NCBI GenBank assembly: GCA_030390025.1
Contig: CM059453.1
Span: 6,092,982 to 6,140,000, forward strand
Length of the DNA: 47,019 bases
Direction of reading: 5' to 3'
DNA from: Squalus acanthias
Lineage: Eukaryota
In this document: one piece after another, positions 34,401 through 46,400 of the stretch
Layout of the letters: each line of letters begins with the position of its first letter
Numbering within the stretch: the stretch's first letter is position 1
The notes under the pieces: generated by a model
Told to the model about the DNA's origin: nothing
Database searches by the model: none
The model's input: the letters and a program-made list of their open reading frames with translations, nothing else
Made by a program: the position numbers and the translations under genes

Positions 34401-37400
34401 CCATCGCAAGTTACGCTGGGAAGGGATTGGCGGGCCTTCTTCCTGAACTGGCACATTACTCTTAGTAGGAGTTTGATACAAGTGAGTGTCTTGCAAAGCC
34501 ACGTGAGAGGGAAGTCAAGATTCAGCCAGGTTGTCATATATAAGCCAGACCGGGTAAGGAGGTCGGATATCGGTCCTGATAGGATATCACTGAACCAGTT
34601 GTATTTTCGCCACAAACCGACAGGTTCATGGTCACCTTTAACGATACCAGCTTATTAGTTCAAGATATTGGGCCAGAAATTCGGCTCTCCAGCTTCCCGC
34701 GGGTGCAAGCCTCGAGCGCGTACTTATCTACCGCGCCTGCCGTTGTGCTTTGGGCCCGCGTGAACTTCGGCTCCAGGGCCTCCTGCAGCTGCCGGCGCGC
34801 AGTGCTTGCGTATCCCAGGGGCGCAGTTAGTTTAAAGCGTCTCCTGGGATCACGTGGGCCATTGAGAGCCAATCGGAGCAGGGATTCTCCATTCATAGAT
34901 TTTGACAGGAAGACCTGTCAAATCTAATAGAGATCGGCTACAAAACCTCACTTAAAACTTCAAATAATTTTTTAAATCATCACATTTTTAAAATATCTTA
35001 TATTACATAAATTAAATACTTTAAACATAAATTTTAATTTTGAAAAAAATAATTACACTTTTTAACGGTGTTAAAAATAAACTTACCGTTCTTTAAAGGT
35101 TGCAAAAAAGATAAAAGTGTTGAAAATTTGTTTAAATAGTACTTAATGCACCACTTACCTTTTTAAAAGCACGCCTTGCGCCTCCTTTTCTCCCCGCATA
35201 TTCTCCGTACTTACCCTCACTCCAAAACCTGTAAAAAAAAAACGAAAGTTCGCTGCGTGCGCGCTGCCTCTCCAGCATACAACGTTGACCCTCGATCCCC
35301 TTCTTTCACGAGAACGGAAGTTCCAGTTTCCCGTGCACGCGCAGTGCATGCGCGAGACCGGCACTTCCGGTGGCCCTCCGGTGTGTACTCACCCGTGGAG
35401 ACCCGAATTTCTGCCCCATTATTTTGTGAATCTGAATTTAAATTCTCAAACCGCCGCGGTCGGTTCACGTTCTCTGGATTAGTTGACCAGGCCTCTGCTT
35501 TACTACCCCGTAACAGAGACATCACACTACAAATGATTAACTTGATTGACCTGAAGGAGCTTCTGTTCCGCAATTCAAAGATCAGTTCTACTGGGAGGCC
35601 TTGAAATAAGAAAATAGGACAATTTGCAAAATAATATTAGGGGGTCATTCAGTCAAATTATACAATTATTGTATATACATATAAAGGTAATTCGAACAAG
35701 TGGTCAATCCAATTCACAGACTTGTCAATGCGAGGTTGCACGGGAATTCAAATCCACGCCCTTTCCGATTTCCCCTTCATTAATTTAAAATTGAATAATA
35801 CCATGACAGGCTTGTAGAAACATTCCCCGAGATACAGTCCAGTGCGAGGTGTTCAACAGCAGGAAATCGTATATTATAAAATGTGCAATTTGTTAAATAT
35901 ATGTAATTTACGTGTGAAGTAAGGCCCTTAGACGGATTGGCGTTCCCATCAGATGAAGGATGTCAGTTTTGGGGGAATGGGACATTTTCAACTTCAGGCA
36001 CTAAATGTCGACAAGAAATGTTGCAGATCAGTTGGAGCTGGGATGAGATGCAGATTAGCTACCCCTCTACTCAGACGCACTGATGTGCGAAGTCCAAGCA
36101 GCAAAGAGAATTGTCCGCATGCAGCAACTTGAGATTTTCCATTTCACAACACCTTTCCATTTTGTGAGTTGCGCCACTCCACTGTAAACTGCCTGAACTC
36201 ATTTCAAGTACAAGGATGAAGCCTTTCACCCCCTTCAATTTCGGCGGGGTTCGCACGGGCTTGAAGGGATGAATAGCCTGCTGCTTTTCTTATGTTCCTA
36301 TGTTAGGCCTGGCCTGGATTAAACGTTCGCCTGTAATCCACTCACCCAACTTCGTCACCCAGTCCGAAGGAATCAAGCTACAAATTTACTTAGATTTGAT
36401 ATTCCAATGGCGGTGTTGTGTGCGGGAGATCAGAAACAAGGCAGTGAGAGTTTCTACCATCGCCATGTGTCACTAAGATAAGAGACATGGTGGAGACATT
36501 GCCTATGATCACCATGTGTCCGTGAGTTTACAAACATAGAAGAATGGTTTCCTCCAGTATCTGCTTCTGAACGCATCCTAAGATAGGCAAAATATACTGC
36601 TTGAATATTTTGGTCGGAAAATAAATCAGAAGTGCCTCTCCCCTTGGCCTCTCAGTGTCAGCTGTGCCGCATTGGGTAGCACACTCGTCTCTGAGTTCGA
36701 AGGTTGTGGGGTCAAGTCCCTCTACAGGGATTTGAGCACATAAATCTAGGCTGACACTCCAGTGCAGTGCTGCGGGTGTGCTGCACTGTCAGAGGTGCTG
36801 TCTTTTGGATAAGTAGTTAAACCGAGGCCCTCTCTGCGCTCTCAGCTGGACGTAAAGGATCCCATGGTATTATTTCGAAGAAGAGTAGGGGAGTTATTCC
36901 CGGTGTCTCAGCCAATATTTCTCCCTCAATCTACATAACTAAAACAGATTATCTGCTCGTTATAACATTGCTGTGTGTGGGAGCTTGCTGTGCGCAAATT
37001 GGCTGCCGCGTATCCCACATTACAACATTGACTACACTCCAAAAGTACTTCATTGGCTGTAAAGCGCTTTGAGACCAGTGGTCGTGAAAGGCGCTATATA
37101 AATGCATGTCTTTATTTCTTTCTCCGGTAAAGGGGATCAAGGAGCTCTATCATTACATTGCATCCAGTGTTCATCGTTATACGTGAAGATTATTCAGTGA
37201 AAAGCACCAATAATATTAATTCTACCTCTTCATCTTATAGGGAAGCCGAATATATCAGTGACGGAAGAAATCATTGCTGGACAAGCAGTGACCGTAACAT
37301 GTTCGCTCGTTCAAAGTTGCCCTGATGCCAAAATTGATTTCAAGTGGATTGAGGACAGCAGTTTTATCGCTGCGGTTTCGGCTACTGAATTTGAAGACAT

Positions 37401-40400
37401 CGACACCGGCTTTGACCATCCGGATTGGAAAGGGTCGCAGAAAGCTTCCTCTGTGCTGACGTTCGCAGCCTTGCGTCAGCATGACGGTAAAATGCTTGGA
37501 TGTGGGATTCTGGTTTCAGGACACGCACAAGGGATTCGAGAAATGGTTACATTGGACGTTCAGTGTAAGTATCGGCTACCGGCGTAAAAAATACATTTAT
37601 GGTTGGGACTGCAAGTGTCACAACAGCAGAACTGTGCAATTCATCCACTGTCTCAGTAGACTGGAAGAAATAAATAGGGACGAAGTAACCTAATTATATG
37701 GAAATGCAGCTGCATGCACTTCCGTTTCCTGTGTCTCGTGTCAGTTTCGGCGACAGTCAGGCTGCAGCAACTCAGGCTGAAACCAGTATATGTGGAATGC
37801 CGATGGCAGTCACTAGATGTCAATTGTACTGCCGGCTGAACTTTCCTGAGAGTCCCACTAAGAAAATGGCAAAGGAGCTCTATGGGTGAGTGCTTCGAGA
37901 TCGGGGCTGGAGTGGGCCATACAGCCTCTCGAGCCTGCACCGCCATTTTAGCAAGGCCATGGCTGAAATTCTACATTAACACCACTTCCCCGTCCAATCC
38001 CCTTATCAATTGATTCTTTAGTGCCCAAACATCTCTCGATCGTAGGCTTATACCAATTTAATTATAATGCCCATGGAAGAACATGGGCGGTAGCGGCCAC
38101 CCACTTTACACCCCGCCCGATTTTGTTTTCTGCTGCCTACAATGGAAGTGAAAAAAGAGCGGGGTGTCTACTTAATATCGAGCCTTTGGCACTGTCTCTA
38201 AAAGCACTCTCACCCCTATAAATTTTAACTAGCCCTCATTTTCCACTGAGAGGAAGACTAAAAATGTTTACTAGCAGAAGCATGTCAAATTAGTACCATC
38301 CTCAACACCGAATCATATGGCGCAGGAATCGAACCCGCTCCAGGCAGCTTCAGAGAGTGCAAACAAGAGGTCTAAATGCTGAGTTGAAATGCAGCGGAAT
38401 GCGCAATTCCGGCGGGTGTGCACGCCCCCACTGCATTTTGTGTTTTGGAAGAACATAAAGGCTTACTGCCCTACATGACTAACCACCGTATTGGTTGGTA
38501 TACATATATATAAATACCACTCTTCACAATGTGGCATGTCAGATTGTTAGTTAGGTGCCACGTTACAGACGCATTACAATGGTACGGGCCAGTACCGTCA
38601 GGCGCTAGGTCGTGGAATGTGTTGAAAAATGTCTACAAAACAGCAAACTGAGTGGGAGCGTTTTGAGAAGTTGTTCAGACTGACAGAATGTGGGACGTGA
38701 TTTCGCTCATAGATCCATTCTGGGGGCACTGTTGTTTACCGCGTACACAAGAGAGGAATTGGGGCCACAGTGGGGGGGGGGGCAAAACTGCACATGATCG
38801 GTGAAGCAAAACAGACAAACATGAATGGGCATTCCATTTTACACCGTTGACTCGAACAGAAATCGGGCAGGTGTCAAATGGGCTGCTAGTTCAGTATCAC
38901 TCATTGTGCGCTATTGCCAAAGATCAATCACGTCCGCATGGTGTGTACATTTGTAGATGACACTCCACTGGGATATACAGATAATAATGAGGAGGACTGC
39001 ACCAAAATGCATGAAGGCATCACCAGGCTTTCAGAGTGAATGGAAAAAAAAAGAATAACATTCAATATAGCGAAATGTGAGGAGATTCATTTTGGGAGGA
39101 GGCCAGTAGAAAAGGACGAAACTAAATACAATGGAGGATCAATACAAATCAGCAAAATAAGCTGTGCTGTGTGCACTTCGGTCTCCATGTCACAAAAAGG
39201 AGATTGAAATATTGGAGACAAGGCAGAAACGATTTACAAGGAAGTTACCAGAATTGAGAGGCTGCAATTGTCAGGTAACGCTTAGCAGTCCGGTCCTATT
39301 TCCGTTGTCAAAGCTAAAACTAAGAGGGGTGACATGAATCTTGTCCTTCATGTGGAAATGACTTATGAAATAATACTGGGCGGCCTGCTGGTGGCGCTGT
39401 CCAGGGAGAGTATAAATACTCGGACATGGTCCCAGCTTGCTCAGGACATTCTTTAACAAGAACTAGGGAAAGACGCAACTAGATCTCCATGTTGAAAAAC
39501 AGTTGATTAAAGCTTTGTTTAACGCTTAGACCAAGGGATAATAGTTTTCTTACGTCAAGGGGATCTGATAGAAGCCGCTAAAATTATGAAGGTTGGTCTT
39601 GGATAAACTGTTTTTGCTTATTGGTGAGTCGTGTACAAGTGGGTATGAACGTAAGATCAACAAAAAAAGAGATCAAATAAAGAATTTGGCAGGAAGATTA
39701 TTTACAACGAGCGAGACGAAAATGTGGAACTTGCTGCCTTATGCAGTGGTTCAAGCAGATAGCATTGTTGCATTAAAGGCACTGCTTACATGAGAGGGAA
39801 GGGAATAGAGTTATATGAGGGCAGGGTGAGACGAGGTAACTAGAGTCTGAAGACGTTTGTGCGGAGTATAAACAGAGGCATGGACGGTTTTCTCTGAATG
39901 ACCTGTTTCTGTGCTGCAGATTCTAAGTAATCGTTCTAATTTCCCATTAGTTTGCCAATGGCTATCGAGTGAAATTGGGAACTAGATTATCAAGTGAAGC
40001 CTGAAGTTGTAGAAATTTTATTCACGCAGGAATTGGAACAACGAATATTGTACCACAATTAAAGAACAAGATACAGAGCTTCATAACATTTGAAAGGGAA
40101 TTAGTTACGTAATTGAAAAAGGAAGATTATAAAACGATATTGGGAGAGGGGCATGCAAAGGGATTAGAATAGGGTTAGAGTAGACAGATTCCATGAACGA
40201 GCTCGCACAATCCCTTGCAAGATGGTCGAATAATTGGCAATCTTTACGGTTATATGTAGATTTATACTGTTATTCATTTAAATTGATTAAAACATTGATT
40301 GAAACTTAAGAAAGTAGTCAAATATCCCTGCTCCTTTTGTACAGCAGTGGAAAGGGGAATATAGTGAGTCGTATCTCTGTGTATGAACAAAATACAGATT

Positions 40401-43400
40401 GGAACCTCAAAGGCAGAGACTAGACAAGAGGATTGGTTGCTAAGGGACTCACATATCTGAAGGCTGGGAAACTGAGATTTGGAGGCAAGATGCGAGGCCA
40501 GTAATAAGTTGGTATTCTTATAACAGAAGCGCGCACTCTCCTGCGAAGGACATGTTGTGCTTTCAGTCAAGATAAGAGATGAGGTTTGACAATATGTGGC
40601 AACTCTGAAGATGGGAATGGGATTAACCACTGAGGGATAGGAAAATAAATGTGTACGTGCACTACAAGTTAGCCGAATAGCATGAAAATACAGCCTGTTC
40701 CCTCCCAAAGGTTAGAGCGCTGAGGAGAGTCGGATGTCTTGAAGCAGCTCACAAAGGTCAAGTCTGATCATCTTGAGACGACGCAGAAAGACCAGTGGCG
40801 TAAGAAAACTATGAGGCACGTGGTCTAAGCGTTAATCAAAGCTTTAGTCAACTGTTTTTCAACATGGAGATCTAGTTGTGTCCTTCACTAGTTCCTGATA
40901 AGGAATGTCCTGAGCAAGCTGGGCCCATGCCCGAGTATTTATACTCTCCCTGGACAGCGCCACCAGCAGGCGGCCCAATATTATTTCACAATTCATTTCC
41001 ACATGAATGACAAGATTCATGTCAACCAGGTTGTATTAACATCTTGTCATTTAAGACAATACTGTAGACAGTCGTATAAGAACAGTACTGTTATTACTCA
41101 ATATATATATTAAAGCATGTCATTTGAAACCACTCAGGCCGCTATCACGTGGAAATTATTGTTGCAGGACTAACAACCCTTTGTTCTGACCGTAACCGTC
41201 TGCTTTCATATAATCTTCCTCTTTAACAGATCCACCCTCAAAACCAATGGTAAATTCCTCGCTGACTGTAAGAGAGGGTAGTTCCATACTGATATACTGC
41301 ATCACACAGAGTAAACCAGAGTCTCGTTTACAATGGATGAAAGACGGTGTCTCCATTAAGAGCTCCTATTCAAACAATGTGCTGACAACGAGGTTTCCTG
41401 ACATACAATATGAAGATGAAGCAGAGTACCAGTGCGAGGCAAAAAATCAGCATGGCAGCGTGAGCAGCTGGACGAACATCACTATAGAATGTGAGCCTAG
41501 GAATTTATCTTCCTTCTTTGAAAACAAACACAATGTCCAATAAATGACTTTTTGTGATATCCATCTAGAAATTGTTAGGTAGTAATGCCTCTGTTAAGAA
41601 GCTGGTGAAAGAAAATCATGCAACGCTTCCAGCATTGGTGCATTATAAGCACAGACAGCAGTTTCCTGCATATTGGGCCAAAAATTGATCCCGCTGCGCG
41701 AGAGTACGCACTGCGTACTCTCGCGTATTCTCTCTCCAATTGCCGGTTTTCTGCATGCCCTGCGCATGCGCTGAAAACCGGCACTTGGTCTTTGGAAAAG
41801 GGGGCGGTTCCTCGGTGCATCGCGTGCGCGCTACAGGCTGCGCGCACGCTATGCACTTAGTGCTTTGGACGCGCAGGTAAGGACGGAAGATTTTAGAAAT
41901 GGAAAAAGGAGGAGTAAGACCCACTTTTAACAAGGTAAGTAGTGAATTAAGTATTTTTTTGAATTTTTTTTAACAGGTATATCTTTTTTAGAGACTTTAA
42001 AGACAGGTAAGTTTATTTTTATAACTTTTTAAAAGATTTTAAATTTTTTCAAAAATTTAATTTTTTATTTAAAATGGTTAATTTATTTAACTATACTTAT
42101 TTTATTAATGTGATGTTTTTTTTAAATTTAATTGAGGTTTAGCTGTTATTTTGGGGGGGTGTATGATTCATAGCTTTCACAAAACGTATGTGAAACTTAT
42201 GAATGGAAGATGGTGTGCTGCCATTGGCTCTAACTGAGTCACGTGATCCCACAGCTCGCACGAATTCACTACGCCGGTGGGATACGCAAGCACTGCCCAG
42301 CTGATGTCTGGAACATCAAGTTCGTGCGAGCTGGATCTGAAAAAGCCAACGCGGAGTGAGAGATCGCGCCTGCTCCTTACCCCCGCGGGAACAGAGCGAG
42401 ATCAATTTCTGGGCCATTATCTTTTCAAGCCATCAGAATTTCGTTAAAAGAGAAAAAATATGTCGTTTCAATATTTATTTATATTTCTGTTCAATTCATA
42501 AAATAACTTTAGCATTCAGATTTACAATAATCTGAATCTGGCTGAAGAGAAAGTAGGGTCTACAACAAATGAGACAGAGAGCGAGAAAGAGAGCGAGATA
42601 TATTGACCCGGTCCATATAAAGCTTATTTGCTTCCAGTGGTCGGTTAGTTTCAAAGAGATCAGAACAACGAGTGACAGCGATAAAGACAGGGAAGCACAG
42701 TGGACTTTCGCTAGATGCAAATGATTCAACAACGTTTAGAAAGGAATGGGAAACAGAGAGGCAAGTTATACAAATAAAGACGCCAGTGTATGATTAAGAA
42801 CTAAATGGAACATCTGATGTTTAGAAAAGTACAGGGCTCAAAAAAAGGTACCACAATGTTCCAGATGAGAATGCTATGCTGCACTCTGCTCCCTTGCACA
42901 CGAACAGTAACGATTCCTGCGGTGCATCACGGTGGGTGCAGGTCTGAATACAACGCTGTTGGACATTCCTTTGATTTAGAATACAATGCTCCATTGGGGA
43001 ACATTGAACTACAAATGCAATTTATATTGCATTCAATTAAGGCGATGCAGAAAATTGCACGATACCAGTTTGACACAGAGTTTTAATTTCAACTGCAGCA
43101 GGAATGGAACAAAGTGTTCAGCATTCGCAAAGAAACTTGTTGGTAAGAAAACATGTTATAGCTAGACATGAATACTTTACTGAATTAATTTTGAAGCCAT
43201 TGGTCAATGTAATTTTCCCAATATTACTGTATTGGAGTCTTTCTAGAAGTACAGCTGCAACAAAGTCTACAAATCTCTACTCTATGATTTCGATCAGTTT
43301 CAATGTTGAACCAGTTTTGCATTGACTTAGCATTTGCGACTTTCAAAGTATTGGATTATTGCATTTTAAAATGCTTTCTGCTGCTCATCGAAGTTCTAAG

Positions 43401-46400
43401 AGTCACGGACTCAATGGTTGTAAAGCCAATGAATTATTTTTATGATAGTATGTTCTTATAATTGGTTAAATCTGGCTCTGTTTCAGATGCACCACGGAAA
43501 CCAGTGGCCAATTTGTCTATAGTAACATTGGAAGGAAGCTCATTCTTCATATATTGCAAAGGCCAGGGAAACCCACCGGTCACTTTAAGATGGATGAGAA
43601 ATGGTGAAGAGATCAGCACATCTTCCACCAGTGAACTGAAAGAGATATTCCACAACATTAGTTCGAAAGAAGACGGACAATATTGGTGCACTGCTGAAAA
43701 TTACTTGGGCACTGCAAGAAGCTTCACAAAGATTTCTGTAGAATGTAAGTACAGCAAAGTGGTTGGGATATCTGGGTTGGAGTGACGTTGTTTCATGGAG
43801 TCCAAGTACGTTACTGGCGCTCCCTTTAGGATGCTTGGATTCCCATGGCTGTGTCTATGCCAGAGTGTGATGGAATACTCTCACTTGCCTGGATGAGTGC
43901 AGCTCCAACAACACTCAAGATGCTCGACACCATCCAGGGCAAAGCAGCCCGTTTGATTGGCGCCCCATCCACCAACTTAAACATTCACTCTCTCCACCAC
44001 CGGCGAACCGTGGCTGCAGTGTGCACCATCTACAAGATGCACTGCAGCAACTCGCCAAGGCTTCTCCGGCAGCACCTCCCAAACCCGCGACCTCTTCCAC
44101 CTAGAAGGACAAGGGCAGCATGCGCATGGGTAAACCAAGACCTCCAAGTTCCCCTCCAAGTTACACATTGTCCTGACTTAGAATTGTATCGCCGATCCTT
44201 TATCGTCGCTGGGACAAAATCCTGGAACACCCTCCCTAACAGCACTGTGGGGGATCCTTCACCACACGGACTGCAATGGTTCAAGATGGTGGCTCACCAC
44301 CACCTTCGCAAGGGCAATTAGGGATGGGCAATAAATGCTGGCCTCGCCAGCGACGCCCACAAACCATAAACGAGTAAGAAAAAGCACTACTTGCCATTGA
44401 CAATGGTAGCCAAACTGAAAGCAGAAGCACTGGCCAGCAAACTGAAACCCGAATGTATCGCAAAGTATTTCTAACCCTAGATGCAACCTTCCGGCATATT
44501 GAAACTGCCATTATCTCTGAGAGATGAGAGGAATTTGCAGTTGTTTACTATTATTGTCGCTAACTCGCGTTGTTCAGGTAACGCCTTTCATGATGTTACT
44601 TGTCACATTCTCAAGGGTTAATTAAATATTTTTCCGAATAGAATTGCAAAGCACATTTGTCTCAGACACATTCTGTGTCTGGTTTTGTCAAAACATTCTA
44701 TAGCCCTGCCGTTAGTTAAATTTAAGGAAGAGTTTTATATTTAACTTTATTATAGATCCACCGAGAATAGTGGAACAACCTCACTGCGCAAGGGCTCAAA
44801 ACAGCATAACATGTGCGTGTACAATGAAGGCCAATCCACCAGTAGAGCACATTAAATGGAGCCTGGATGGCCGTAACATCACGGGGAACAGTTCCGATTT
44901 TGAAGTCGCTTCTTCAGCAATGGACCGCAACCTAATGCTAAGCACACTTACACTTAACAAGGAGCTGGGGCTTGACCATAACGTCTCTTGTTATGGAACA
45001 AACAAACACGGTGTCACTTTCTCCACGATTCTGCTCTATTTACCAGGTAACTTCTGCTTGTATTTCACTGAGTAAAACTGGAACGGAGTAGATTTGAAAA
45101 TCGCATTTCTCTTTGGTATCTGTTTGTTTCTTGCATTATATATTACTCATCTGCGGTAGTGATTCGGTCTTACGGCAATAGTGTAAAATGCGCGACATCA
45201 GCGTGGCGTGCTGTTAAAAGCCTGTCTAGATTTCCTTTGACATTGCCTTGAATAGAAATCTAAATTTAATCATCAGAAATTAGTGGCTAGCGTGCCTGGA
45301 ATTTCCCAATGTGTACATCCAGCAGTAAATGCTCCGACACGATAACGTGTGTTCTGAAAATGCATCCCCGGATGACCTAAGCAGTGCCCAAATTGATGGT
45401 CTTTACAAAAAAAGTAATCTTGTGATACGGGGGTTGCTGGTGTAAGTTCTAAATGATCTCTTAGAGTTCTTGGACAAGACACAAATAGACAGCAGTCAGT
45501 ATCTTTGAGCAATAGATCAAGATTTATTAAGCTTACTGCCTTATATACTTAACAACAGGCGATAGTTTAACGAGTAGCTCGCAGCCCATGGTCTCTGGAA
45601 CCCCTTGAACACTGGTGACGTCGTCTTCCATCTGTTCCTTTAACTTCGCAGTAGATCTGTGTAAAGTTGTTCTTTGAGTATCGAGGATTTAACCCTTTTC
45701 TTATCAAAAGTTCGTTTGGCCAGTGTCCATATGTGGGCTTTAACAAATTCACCTTTAATAATTGGTTCTAATGGCCAAAATACCATTGTCACTCAGACGA
45801 CGGGTAGTATCTTGGCCCCGACTTTAAAGTGTTTTTCCGACAACTCTGCCATGTTCATCGTTATCTTGTTTGTACGTTCTTCACGTCATTCGAGTTCACC
45901 TTATCTCTCTTATTTCTAGCTTCCCTGGTACAACCAGTACAAGGCCTCGTTAGCTGCGTAAGCTGCGTGCAGCCTGTTATCAGAACTAGTCAAGATTGTT
46001 TCTGACTGTCCTTGCGGTAATATTTTGATCAAGCCTGAGCATTTTAGTTACCCAGGGAATTATGGGTAAGATTAGTTGGTCCAATGGCTGCAATTAAATA
46101 TTTAAATTATGATTCTCAACTACTCAGGACCTCTAAATACTAGTCTTTCGTAAACTGGTAAGACTGGCAGACTTTCCCTTGTTGCCCTTGGTAAGGTGGC
46201 GGTGGGCCTTCTTCTTAAACATCTGCAATCCAGGTGGCGATAGTTCTCCCACCCTGCTGTTAGCCAGGAATTCTTGGATTTTGACAAGAGGCCATAAAAG
46301 ACGCAATAAATTTTCAAGTCAGGATGGTGTGTGTCGCAGAGAAATTTGAAGGTGATAGTGTTCCCATGCACCTCTTAAACTTTTCCTTCTAGGTGCTGGG

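Noticed and set aside
36656-36730. tRNA gene
   Set aside because: The A/B-box-like sequence is the head of a SINE and continues into the SINE body and tail.
39330-41024. Single DNA transposon with 230-bp TIRs
   Set aside because: Each arm has its own distinct 5-bp TSD, so these are two separate insertions.
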